NCBI GenBank assembly: GCA_028534125.1
Contig: CM052817.1
Span: 73,038,001-73,102,000, forward strand
Source of the DNA: Lama glama
Lineage: Eukaryota
DNA length: 64,000 nt
Reading direction: 5' to 3'
Numbering within the stretch: position 1 is the stretch's first letter; each line of letters starts with the position of its first letter. Below, piece after piece: positions 25,190 through 37,890 of the stretch. The notes below the pieces were generated by a model. It saw only the letters and a program-made list of their open reading frames with translations. It did no database searches and had not been told where the DNA came from. The position numbers and the translations under genes are program-made.

Positions 25190-26450
25190 ATTTCCATTAA
25201 GTAAAATGACCTCTCATCACCTTGTCCAAATCCAAAGGCCGCTTTTTAGACTTCATCTTTTTCTTTCTCTTTGCAGTGTTGGCACTGTTGACTCCTCTAA
25301 ATTCGCTGCTTTGATTTTCGTTATCACCACGCACTTCTGACTTTTCTCTGACATCTCTGGCTGCACTTCCCTTTTTCTGTTTCTCTGCCCACTTCATGCA
25401 CTGCGTTCTGCTCTCTGCCTCCTTTCTCTCACCGTGTGTTCACCTTGGGTGAAGTATGTCACTGCACTACACCAATACACACCAGGATACTGAAGGCTGG
25501 GTCTTTCCTCTCCCCGAGTTCCCAACTCTTGTATCCAGATGTAAACATCTATCTACTACCAAACATCTCTCTCCTGCATCCTACAGGCATCTCACACGAA
25601 ACATTTTCCACATTGGACTCATCATTTACCACCTCCATCATTATTTTTATGTTGACATCTGGCACTAAATTCATCCAGCTGCTCAGCTAAACACTTGGGA
25701 GCCACTCTAGATTCCTTACTTCTTTACCAAGTATATCTAATCAATTTTGAAGTCGTGTTGATTCCATTCCCTAACTATCTCTGGAAACCACCCGTATCTG
25801 TCTATTCTTGCTTCAGGCCCTCGACATTTTGCACCATATCCTGATCTCCTCAAGTCCTCAGCCTCTAGTCTGCCTGCAGGGTGGTGTTTGAGCAGTTTGT
25901 ATTGGCTCATGTCTGTCAGGGGCTTGTATCTCAATAGCCCTCATGATCTACCATCTGCATACTTCTCCAGCCCCACTTTTCATTCTGCTTTAATATTCCA
26001 GATGACTCTAAACTGCAGTAACACTCCGCCACTCATTCTGAACCAGACTTGACCTGCTGTACTCTGTATCACCAGTCCTGCTTCCCCTTCCCAGAAGACC
26101 ATTTCCTTCTTTTGTGAGCTACTTTTTTTGAAAGATCCAATTCAAGCATCACTTCCTCTGGGAAATTTGACTGACGTCACTGCTCTCTCTCAAAGCAGAT
26201 AGTCACTTTCTCCTGTTGAATTAGGCATTTCTTAGAACCCAGAGCATTCCTCTACCCCTGAACTTCCGAATTTACTGCAGTAAATTGTAATGCTTTCTTC
26301 TTCTCCTTCTCCTTCTTCTTTTTGTCTCTATCCACAGTTAACTCTTTTTTGAGGACAAAGACCTCATCTTTAACTTTGAATTCCAAGTACCTAGCTCAAA
26401 TGTATAACACATTATAGGTGCCCGATGCAGGTTTGCTAAATAAATAAAAT
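25190..26450 (+). mobile_element. LINE-2 relic
   Basis: Pyrimidine-rich L2 body (CCAAATCCAAAGG...CATCTCACACGAAACAT...AAGCATCACTTCCTCTGGGAA) ending TAGGTGCCC...AAATAAATAAA. Confidence 0.7.
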
Positions 26451-27642
26451 TTCATGGATCCCTACTCTGCTGCCCTATTTCTTTTCTTTAAATGAGACTT
26501 ATCATTACCTAAAGCACTCTAGCTCACAAAGGAAATAATTTTTCCCAAGTAGTAAATAAAAAAACAGATCCATCAACTCAACGCTTGAAGAATAAAACAT
26601 CTGTTTTATTCACATGCATGTAGTGATATCTACACAACTAGTGACAGTAGAAGGTTGTAACATTTGAGACATTTTGGACCCGGTCAGATGCCTCTTCTGA
26701 CTTGGTATTATTTGATAAAACCACATATCCTGAATTCTTGTTCTGCTTAAATATTCTTAAAGATTTCCCAAAGGAGTACCCTATATTCTGTATCAACAGG
26801 CTCACATTTTAAAGCAGTTTGTCCACAGCATGGCCAAGTTTGTGCTTTTGCACTAGTAGGTTTTTTGGGCTTTTTAAGATTTTACTGTCTGTTCAGAATA
26901 ACATCTGTCTGGGCTACCTTTATCAAGTGTGAGTGAGACCCTCCAGTATGGGATGATCTTGATCTGATGAACTGACTGCCTCTTTAGAATCAGCTTTGTC
27001 CCTTCTTGGCTGTACGACCACAACCAAGTCACCTAATCACTGTAGGCCTCAATTTTCTCATAGCTGACGTAAGCATAACTTTTAATTATGTCTTACTGCT
27101 GTTATGAGAATCAAATGAGTTGATACCCGGGCCCTGCGACAGTGCCTAGAACAGCAGCACTAGCTGTTATTAAGCTCAGTGGAGGCTGCGTAGGCTGGCA
27201 CTGGGCTTCAGCTACTTGCTGCTAAATTTTGACAGCATTACAGACTCATAAATCTGGAAGGGACTTTAGACGCCTTAGCAAACCCCCCTAATTTTAGAGC
27301 TGAGGAAATTGAGGTCTAGCACGGAGAGGTGATCTGCCTAAATGCACACAACTGGTTTGTGACGGAACCAGCATCTCCTAGGGCGTGATCAATGCAAAGA
27401 GCAGGCACCTGGGAGCAAGAGCCTTACTGTGTGATCGGGATCCAGCAGAAGTGGATAGATGAGAGTTCAGGGAACTCATGAACAGGCAGTATTTAAAGAT
27501 CTAAGAAGCCAAGGAAGCAGGTCTCTCCTACCCACCATAAATGACACTCTCAAACTGTTCACCAATGCTAAGTACAGTTAATAATAACAACTTAAGTATT
27601 TATTATTCATTAATGCATATTTATTGAGCATAGCCTGTGTGC

Positions 27643-28699
27643 TAGTCCTCCCTTACCTATGGTTTTGTTTCCCATGGTTTTAGTTACCCTCTATCCAGAA
27701 ATATTACATGAAAAATTCCAGAAATAAACAATTCCTAGGTTTTAAATCATGAGCCCTTCTGAGTAGCTGTGATGAAATCTCGCGCGTTCTGGCTTTGTCC
27801 CTGGAGAGGAGACCGGTCTCTGTCCAGCTCCGCCCTCCCGCCCATTAGTCACTTAGCAGCCATCTTTGTTCATCAGATCGCAGCGCTGCCTTCAGGTCAC
27901 CCTTATTTTACTTAATAATGGCCCCAAATAGCCAGAGGAGTGATGTTGGCAATTCAGATATGCCAAAGAGAAGCTGTAAAGTGTTTCCTTTACATAAGGT
28001 GGTGAAAGTTCTTGACTTAATAAGGAAGGAAAAATATTGTATGCTGAGTTTGTTAAGATCTACGGTAAGAACGAATCCTCTATTTGTGAATTTGTGATGA
28101 GGGAAAATGAAATTCATGCTAGTTTTGCTGTTGCATCTCACACTGCTAATGTTTTGGCCACAATGGCTGCTGTGTGTGTTTTAAAATAGAAAGGTGTTTA
28201 ATTTGTACAGTAAGATATTTGAGAGAGACCGAGACAGAGAGAGATCATATTCATGTAACTTTTAGTACAGTTTATTGTTATAATTGTTCTATTTTATTGT
28301 GAGTTGTTGTTAATCTCTTACTGTGTCTAATATAAATTAAACTTTATCATAGGTATGTATGTAGGGTGTATATAGGGTTTGGTACTATCGACAAAAATTC
28401 AGTTGGCAATCAAGTTAAGAAATCCTTGTTAGTGTCAGAAGAAAGGTCAGAAAAAAGATCTTTGCAGTCTAGCAGGCGTTCCCACCTTTGAAGGGTCTGG
28501 TTAGTGTGCAGTGCGTATAAACATTGCACATTAATGGGGAAGGGACAAGGCCCAAATGGACAAAGAGAGAGTATTTTATGCTAAAATTTTCTTGTCCTGC
28601 CTTAAAATATAAATTTTATTTCATGACTACTATCCACGATTTCAGGCATCCACTGGAGTGTCTTAGAACCTATCTCCCGTAGATAAGGGGAGACTACTG
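27643..28699 (+). mobile_element. MER44/Tigger7-type TcMar DNA transposon with an internal insertion
   Basis: Left end TAGTCCTCCCTTACC, right end GATAAGGGGAGACTACTG followed by TA, internal AAAATTCCAGAAATAAACAATTC and GATATGCCAAAGAGAAGC. Confidence 0.85.
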
Positions 28700-28975
28700 T
28701 ACGTCAGTCTTCTTGCTACAAGGCTTATTTACATTATCTTATTTAATACTCAATACAGTTTTGTGAGTCAGGTACTACCATTAATAGTATTTGCTTAATA
28801 AATGACAATAAATTATGTCCACCGCTTTTACCATAAGCTATTACCATGACTGTTTCTCTACCTCATGCAATACACATCCTCCACCTCTAATTCCAACCAT
28901 TTACTAGAGCTATGCCAATCATCTCTTCTCATCTCCTTTTATTACCTGGAGGAGGGGAATAAGAGTTACCTCAGT

Positions 28976-29554
28976 TCTTAGTCACCCCCCAAAAATGAAT
29001 TTTTAATGAGAGACAGAAAGCATGATATAAACAAGACTTTATTAATAAAGCAAAATGATAATAAAATATAGTACACTCCCCAGAATTGGGAGCGGGCCAA
29101 CCCAAGAGAGGAAAAATGATGCTGCTCCTTTGTTTTTCCTGTTTTTATATCCTGGCTTAGGGGGCTTTTTTGTGTGTGTGTGATTGACTGATTCACGGCT
29201 CAGGTTCTTTGAGTGCTCATGATGACTGACAGCTCAGGTTCCTTGTGCTCAGGCACGCCCATCTCTTTTAGGCATGTTCTTACCCATGATGCACACGGAA
29301 ACCCACGGGAGAGGCTCAAACTGCAATGTTAATTATATTATAATGAGCATTGGCTCAAGTTAAGCCGGGTCCTCCTCTCTATTGTGCAGCTGCAGCATTG
29401 GATCCTAGCCGGCTTCTTTGCTGGCCTCATTTAGAGAAAGTAAACATTTTTGGAGCCCCTTATCCTGAGTGCAGGTATGCTGTTATTTTCTGGGTTGCTT
29501 CTTCCCCCTTCCTCTCCTCCTGCCCGGTGCTCATTTCTGTCTCGCTGCCTAACA
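28976..29554 (-). mobile_element. ERV1-like solo LTR
   Basis: Ends (T[c]TTAG...CTAACA), ACTTTATT poly(A) signal and TTTTATA TATA box in reverse orientation, internal GGCTCAGGTTC repeat. No clean TSD. Confidence 0.6.
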
Positions 29555-30724
29555 CTTTGAGTTGGATGACGTACCTGCCAGACTTTCCTCAGTACCTACA
29601 GCTCAGTACCTACGTGTCTGTCCTTCAGTGTGCCTAACTGACTTGAACACGTAACTCCAGACAAGGTTCCGGCCTTACTCCAGTCTTTTCCATTCTGCTA
29701 TTAACTGCACCATGCCTGCCCTCCATGTGACAGGAGAGACCTTTCTCTAGAAGAGGTTTAATAAAGGTTAACATTCACTGATGAGGGGTTGGCCGTTGGG
29801 ACTAGTCACTGTGTCAGGTGGAATGTGAGGCCGGCAGAGTGGTGAGGATGTCTAGTTCTAAAGCAAGGCTGGAAGAAAACCAGAAGATAACACACGCAGA
29901 AACAATGCCTAAGTTAGCCACAGGACTGAGTGAAAGGAAGCACCACCAAAATATGAACAGTGTCACAATGTTTTGTTAAATCACTTCTGAATATATGTGG
30001 GCATCGGAATTGAGAGGCAAGAATCAGGCTGCTCAGTTATAGTCAAAGAATACTTAGTTATTAACTTAGTAAGTTTTAAAAATTACACACTTTTAGTAAA
30101 TTCCTTATAAATATTGTAACTGTGCAGAAACAATGATATCAAAATATGGTGCTTATTTTTTAGTGGGACCATGGGTAATTCTTATTTTCTTTTTTACCGT
30201 ATTTTTCCTCCATATTTTCTACAATCACAGTGTTTTCTCTCGTAATAATTAAATGTTTAAAAAATCTAAATTCTTAGAAAAATATATCAGAGATAAATAA
30301 CTATGGCACAATCTTCAAGGCTTTTATGATTTAAATACTTCTTGATCGAAGCCTACGGGGAAGCATCCAGTAAGCTGGTAACACCTCTCACTTGCAAACC
30401 AGTAGCCACTGTGAATGAAAAAGGAAGTCAGAGTGAAAGAACAGAAAAGCATTGCTTATTGTGCAACAGATAGATTTCAGAAGTTCCACAGTGTCTCAAC
30501 ATAATAATCCCCCCAAGTCACCTTAGAGGAAAAGCTTTTAAGTGCAACTGCACAGGTACAAAGTGAGAGGCTGAGTGGACATGAGGAGTTCCCCTGGCCA
30601 AAGTTTCCCCAAATGATATGCCCCTTCAGGTTACCCCATCTGCTGCCACTCAGCCTCTTCTAAATGCACAGCTCATCTAAGAGCTGGCCTTTCATTTCAC
30701 ATTCCTGGGAAGGTGGAGTCATTA

Positions 30725-32420
30725 ACTGAGGCAGATCAAAAGTTCAATATGGACATGTTGAGAATGTGATGCTTATTGGATATCCAAGTACAGACATCAA
30801 ATAAACAGTTGAATATATACTTATGAAAAGTTCAAGAGAGAGGTTTGGACTGGAGATAGAAATTAGATGATTGTCAACCAGTAAAACCGTGGACTGAATG
30901 AAATCACCAAGGAGTGGGTTTAGATGGAGAAGAGAGGGGCGGGGCAGAGACTGAGTCGTTGCACGTTCCTACATGATGGTGCCTAGGAGAAGAGAGCCAA
31001 CCAAAAATGTTGAGGAGTCATCAGTGAGTTGGAAGGAAAACCAGAAAAGTGTGGTGTCTTAGAGGGTGTTAGAGGAGGAAGGGTCTGTGTCACATGCTGT
31101 TGGCAGCTCAGCTAAGATGAGGAGTGAGAGCTGACCATTGGATTTATGTATGTGGAGCTTATCAGTGACGGTGACCAGGGCGATTTCAGTGGAGTGATGG
31201 AACAGAAGTCTGAGTGGAGTGCATTTAAGAGAGAATGGGAAAAGACAGGTTGAACGCTCTAGTAGGGGCAAGTCTTTCAAGGACTTTTGTTGCAAAGGGC
31301 AATAGCTACTAACAAGAGACTTTTCTTCTAAGATGGAGAAAATTATGGCTTGTTTGTACCCTGATAGGCACAAGCAAGTGAAGAGCAAAAGCTTAAGGAT
31401 GTAAGAAACAGAGAGAGAGAGAGAAAAGCAGCATCAGTGTGCTTGAGTAGAGAGAGGAGTTGGAATTGTTGTGTGTGGGGTGATTGGTTTTAGATAAAAG
31501 AATGGGTGATTCATCTGACAGCAGGTGGGAAGGCAGAGTATGGGGTGCAGCTGCTGTTAGATTGGTAGAGGAGGTGAGAGTCCATCGAAGTCCTCTTCTG
31601 TTTGCTGAGAGTGAGGGTAGAGGAGGAGAGGAGAGAAAGTGTGAATAGGCACCTAAGAGATTGGAAGGTGAATGGACCCCAGGAGTGCAGTGCGATTGCC
31701 CAGCAGCATTAATGGTTGAGGTTCAGAGCAGAAATTTTAAGTGAGAACAGGTGGCACGGTTATGTCCCTCCCCCCCAGCATTGCTTAGTTGTGTTAAAGT
31801 TGGATTTAACTAGAGTTGTGATTTTGACGTGCAGATATTAAAAATGAAGTCAAAAGTGTACGCCGGTGATGATTATCATGGTTGACCATGGAAATTAAGA
31901 TGAATAAAGAGAAGAGAGAGGACTGCAAGGGGTTGAGTGTCCATGGGAAGGTGGTAGGGTCAGTGGATTAGAAATCCCGGTGGAATTTTAGGATTGTTGG
32001 ATTTGGGAAACTCAAAAGGGACAAGATGGATGGCAGTAGCAGAGAGTGGGATACATAAACTTGGAAGTATGGAAGAGTAGTTGTTTTTGGTAATGACGAA
32101 GTCTATGCTGAATGACCTTTAGAATGAATGCCTAAGGGTGGGTGAAGGACAAGATCTTTGAAGAAAAGATTTCAAGGAACTCAGAGTCCCTTAATCATTA
32201 TATAATTGAAATCTCCAAGAATAGAAATGTTTTGGAAAGAGTAGCAATGATCCAGAAATTAAATGCCTTCAGAGTTGGCAGTTGACAGCAACAATGAAGG
32301 GCGGTGAGTGACAACATGAGAGTCAAAGCTGGGAGGAGGAGTGTGCAGACTGAACAAGGGAGGAGAAAGTAAAGTCCAAAGTGGCAATAAAGGACAGGAG
32401 ACTGCTTATCCAGAACTGGT
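30725..32420 (-). mobile_element. LINE-2 relic
   Basis: AGTTCAATATGGACATGTTGAG, GACCATTGGATTT and GCGATTTCAGTGGAGTGATGG are L2 hallmarks. Confidence 0.85.
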
Positions 32421-33161
32421 GGTTCAGAGATGACAGGAGCATAAGATGACCCTGGAGAGATTTTTCAGGCTGGTTGAAAGATGTACAGCACTATAAAATG
32501 TAGTATACTCCCATTTTTAACATATAAAAAAGTAGTGGTGGTTATTGCAAACTCTCTTAGCAAATTTTTTGTGTAAATAACCAGGGGGATTCCTTCTCTC
32601 TGGCAAGCCATGAAAGTAATATATAGATTTTTTTTTTAAGTCAGTGAATGAAAGTTTCAGAACTTCAAGAGACAAAATATCATCCAGAAGGGTTTTTCAA
32701 CAAAGGCTTTTTATTTCCCGCATAACAAAATTATCAGATAGTACCACCCCTAATAGTTTAGACCAATAGTGAGGTTTCTCTCCTTCATGCTTGAACTGTT
32801 TCAAAAGTCTAAGGAGAGATTTGAAACCCCCTCTTTTAAGGGAATGGGGGGAAAAGACCAAAAGAGATTTGTACCCCATCAGACACTTTGGACAGGATCT
32901 GGTCTTCCTTGACGTGATATTCCACCTCCTTGTGTATCGAAAGTGAAGATCAGTGATGACCAATTGTAACTTCACTCTCATTGTGGACACAGGAACGTGA
33001 GTTCCTCTTTTACCTGGATGTTTCAGGTGGCAAGCATGCAACAATGCCTGTGACATAATGCAGGAAATAAGGAGTAGAGATTATTTCTTACTCTGTTTAT
33101 ACTTTTATTATAACAAAGACTTCTGTGTTTAACTTTTTGTTGTTGTTTTTTTCTTACCTAG

Positions 33162-33213
33162 AAAGTTCTTCTAAATCAGAAATGGATTGAAGTCTAATAA
33201 ACACAGATTTGAG
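33162..33213 (+). other. ALPK1: Putative 52-nt non-coding exon 2 of ALPK1
   Basis: Long pyrimidine tract tttttgttgttgtttttttcttaccTAG (AG 33160-33161) and donor GAG|GTGAGT (GT 33214-33215). I recall a similarly short second 5' UTR exon in human ALPK1 (not verified here). Confidence 0.65.
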
Positions 33214-33379
33214 GTGAGTTTTCATATGAAACATTTCAGTTCAGCTCTTTTTTCCTAATGATGTAGCTATACATAGTTGTCGTAGAAAATACGAAAAGGG
33301 GAAAATAATCAAAAAATATTACTTAGAGGCAAAGATTCTTAATATTTTGGTGTATTTCCTTCTGATTATTTTTAAGTTA

Positions 33380-35850
33380 TTTCCTTAAATTGTGATCAAA
33401 TAACATAAAATTTACTTTTGTAACTATTTTTAAGTGTACAGTTTAGTGGTGTTAATTTACATTCGCATTGTTGTACTACCATCACTCCCGTCCATCCATG
33501 GAATTCTTTTCATCATGCAAAACGGCAATTGTGTACCTTTAAACAGTCACTTATCATTCTCTCCTCTCCCCATCCCTGGCAATCACATTCCACTTTCTGT
33601 CTCTGTGAATTTGACAACTCTTGGTACCTCATGTGAGTAGAATCATGCAATAGTTGTCCTTTTGTGATTGGCTTATTTCACTTAGTGTAATCTCCTCAAA
33701 GTTAATCCATGTTGTAGCAGTTGCCAACATTCTCTTTTTAAGGCTGAATAATATTCTGTTGTATGTATATACTACGTTTTGTTTATGCACTTATGCACTT
33801 ATCTGTTGATGGACACATAGGTTGTTTCCACCTTTTTTAGCTATTGAAAATAGTGCTGTCTGCAGTCACTATGGAGAACAGTATGGAGATTCCTTAAAAA
33901 AACTAAAACTAGAGTTGCCATATGATCTAGAAATCCCACTCCTGGGCATATGTCTGGAGAAAACTCCAAATGAAACATGCACCCCAGTGTTCTTGCAGCC
34001 CTATTTACAATAGCCAAGACATAGAAACCACCTAAGTGTCCATTGACAGGTGAATGGATAAAGAAATTGTGGTATATATATATATATATATATATATATA
34101 AGAAATATATATATAATATATATATAATATATATAATGGAATACTACTCAGCCATAAAAAGAATGAAATAATGCCATTTGCAGCAACATGAGTGAAACTA
34201 GAGATTATCATACTAAGTGAAGTAAGTCAGACAGAAAAAGAGAAATATCATACAATATCACTATACATGTGGAATTGAAAAAAATGATACAAATGAACTT
34301 ATTTACAAAACAGAAATAGTCTCACAGACAGAAAACAAACTTATGGTTACCAAAGAGGAAAGGAGGGTGAAGGATAAATTAGGAGTTTGGGATTAACATC
34401 TATATACTAGTATACATAAAATAGATAAATAACAAGGACCTACTGTATGGCACAGGGAACTATAGTACATATCTTGTAATAACCTATAATGGAAAAGAAT
34501 CTGGAAAAGAATATATATATGTATATGTATAATTAAATTACTTTGCTGTGCACCTGAAAGTAATATAACATTGTAAATCAACTTTACTTCAATTAAAAAA
34601 AAAACTTTAAAAGCCTGAGAAAAAAAGAAAATAATTTGAAAAAGAATAGATTTATATATACGTATAACTGAATCACTTTGCTATATACCTGAAACATTGT
34701 AAAGGAACTATACTTCAACAAAAAATGAAAAAAAAGTTATTCACAAATAATAGACACACACAAAGAAAGAAGAAAATATTGCTGTTATGAACATGGTGTA
34801 CAGCTATCTTTTCAAGTCCTTGTTTCAGTTACTTTAGGTTTTATACTCAGAAATGAAATTGCTGGATCATATGATTATTCTATTTTTAATTTTTTGAGGA
34901 GCCACTATACTGTTTCTCATAGCAGCTGCACCATTTTATATTCCCACCAAGAGTGTACTAGGGTTCCAGTTTCTACACATCCTGGTCAACACTTTTTCTG
35001 TACCTTTTTTTTTTTTCATAGTAGCCATCCTAATAAATGTGAGGTGGTATCTCATTCTGATTTAATTTTTATCCCCTTAATGATTAGTGATGTTGAGTAT
35101 CTTTACATACGCTTATTGGTCACTTGTATATCTTCTTTGAAGGAATGTTCCAGTGTTTTGACTATTTTTCAGATTGGGTTGTTTGTGTTTTTGTTGTTTG
35201 GTGGTAGGAATTCTTTACATATTCTGGATTGTAACTCCTTATCAGCTGTATGATTTGCAGATATCTTTCTCATTCCATAAGTTTCCTTTTCACTCTGTTT
35301 ATGTCCTTTGATGCACAGAAGATTTTAATTTTGATGTAGTCTAAGTTGTCTGTTTTTTCTTTTGTTGCCTGTGCCTTTGGGATCATAGCCAAGAAATCAT
35401 TGCAAAATCCAATTTCATGAAGATTTCCTCCTATGTTTTCTTTTAAGAGTTTTATAGTTTTAGCTCTTATGTTTTTGAGTTAGTTTTTGTTTATGGTATA
35501 AGGTTGGGTATACCTTTATTCTTTTGCACAGGATATTCAGTTTTCTGAGAACCTTTTATTGAAAAGATTGTCCTTTCCCCACTGAATGGTCTTAGCACCC
35601 TTGTTGAAAATCGTTTGGCTGTATGTGTGAGGATTTATTTCTATTCCATTGGTCTATATGTCTGTCATTATGCCAATACCACAGTGTTTTGATTACTGGA
35701 GCTTTGTAGTAAGCTTTGAAATCAAGAAGGGTAAAACCTCCAACATTGTTTTTTAAGGATCATTTTGATTATTTAGGGTCCCTTAAGATTTTATATGAAT
35801 TTCAGTGTGGATTTTTGCTATTTCTGGAAAAAAAAATCATTGGTCTTCAG
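33380..35850 (-). mobile_element. Older LINE-1 (L1MA/MB-type) split by a nested L1
   Basis: Antisense L1 3' UTR (33380-33859) continues as ORF2-derived sequence (34772-35850). Confidence 0.9.
33860..34771 (+). mobile_element. Nested L1 3' fragment with a (TA)n tract and a double 3' tail
   Basis: 14-bp TSD GAAAATAGTGCTGT (33846-33859) / GAAAATATTGCTGT (34772-34785). (TA)n at about 34073-34137. Confidence 0.85.
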
Positions 35851-36710
35851 TGACTTTTTTATATAATTGCTATCACTCTGTATAAACAATTTTATATTCT
35901 GCTTTTTCTTAACATTATAATATAGGTATCCTATTAAAAATAAACATTAGTTCTTTTTATTCAAACACTTCATATTTTACAGTGACTACATAAAGGAAAA
36001 TATATAAATGTAAGTATAACTAAAAGATTAGAAAATATTTATACCTCAAATTATGTGACCTCTGTATACTTTAAATACTAAAAATGATTCAAGACATGTC
36101 AGAGTATTAAGGTGAAATATTTATATTAAGTGAGTAGGAAGGAATGACAACCAATTGCATTAGTTTAAAAGATTGTTAAATTATATACTTACACTACTTT
36201 TGATGACTCTTTTGAGTTCATTTATTTACTTAGCAAACATTACTGAGTTGCTGTAGATTTTGAAGCCCTGGGAATCTAGATATGAATTAGATAGGGTCTT
36301 CACCCTCAGAGAAAGGAATAAATGCTAAAATTTGATTACAGTCTAGTATGAATCATGAGCTTTATTTTTAAATATTTATATTAAACATATGGGGAAGTAG
36401 GGTTAGCCCCATTTGGAGATGAGGAAAATAACGTTCATTGCAGAAGGGCTGAGCTACCTGTCAGAGGTGACACGGAGATTAAGCGGTAGGGCTAGGATAC
36501 AAGCTCAGGGTTGTCTGCCTCCACATCTCATGTTCTTTTCACTCTCCCAGGTTGCCTTTCAGTTCTTATGGCCCAGCAGAGGAGACAGGAGTTATACAGC
36601 TAATGGTAACAATTAGTTCTGCCAGATAAGAGTTAAGAAAGACTTTAGAGAAGTGGCATTATAATCTAACACTTGAAAACTCAGGATTTCATTAAAGATG
36701 AGGCGAGCAG

Positions 36711-36740
36711 CATTCATTCATTCATTCATTCATTCATTCA
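36711..36740. repeat. (CATT)7 microsatellite, tail of an antisense L2 relic extending to about 37350
   Basis: Read directly; followed by L2-like GCACTGAGC...TGTGTGTTAGTCACACTGCTAG. Confidence 0.8.
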
Positions 36741-37875
36741 CAGAGGTGCACTGAGCTTTTCCTGTGTGTTAGTCACACTGCTAGCTCCAGCTGTGTGCTG
36801 GAGATTTGAAAGACAACCTGTGAGACACTGGCCACCCTCAGGAGTCATAGTCTCTTGGGAGATAGTAAAGTAACTGATGTATGACAGAGCCTCATGCCAA
36901 GCTCTGCCACAGTCAAAAACAAAGAGCTGGGGACCCTATTCCAGGATACCAAGGGCAAGTGCTCCAGGGCAGAAACTGTGTTGCATTGCCGGTACTGCTG
37001 GGGATGGCAGGTTGGACCCTCCATGCTAAGTTCAGATGCTTTGACTTCATCCTACAGGCAACAGCAAGCCGACAGACATTTTAAAGTAGAGAAGTAACAC
37101 AGTTAGTTCTGCTTTTAAGAAGCTATTTGGCAGTGCATGAAGGGCAGACTATGGGAACAGGGAAAGAGACAGGTAGCAGAAAAACCAGTGTAGAGGCTAC
37201 CAGTCCTAACTGGAGGTGGAGAGGACCCGGTACAGGCTGCAACAGGAGACACTGAGAGAGCAGAGACCATGTTTATGAAGAGAAGCTGGTAGACTTTGTC
37301 GACTGTAGGATGTGTAGTGAGAATAAGATAGGAGTCAAGAGAACGGCATGAACAAAGGCTTCAGGTCATATATGTTCAGAACCACTGCATTATTTGCAAT
37401 TTAAGGACCTATAGAGCATTCTATAAATAGATAATGCTCTTTTGAATTATCAGTATTTCTTTCACATTCTAAAATACTCTAACAGTTTAATAGATTTTTC
37501 TTTCGAGCAGTTTAAACATGCCCTGCAATGCTATTTACACTATTAATTTGGTTAACAAACTCTTTCTCCGTAGATAGTATAAATGTAATTTTTATTGTTG
37601 TTATGTTAAAACATCATAGGTTTTGAGACAATAGATCAATGATTGTTTTCTATAGTGAAATTCAAAAAGAGTAATGGATTTTTACTGAAATGGAGTTAAC
37701 AGAAGATTATTAGTCAGGTAAATAATATGTGTCACTATTTTAATGTTTAAAAAAAGTTTTCCATTTTCTTATATCATTACTGAGTCTTCTGTTCTGTAGA
37801 GTGCCACATTTGTTTTCACTAATAAGTAAAAATATAGTTAAAAGTAATCTCACATGCCTGTGCTGTTATGTGGCA

Positions 37876-37890
37876 CCAGAAGAGGGCAGC
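37876..37890 (+). promoter_or_regulatory. Candidate CTCF site
   Basis: CCAGAAGAGGGCAGC matches CCASYAGRKGGCRSY with one mismatch; TGCTGT upstream-module-like hexamer at 37861-37866. Confidence 0.55.
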
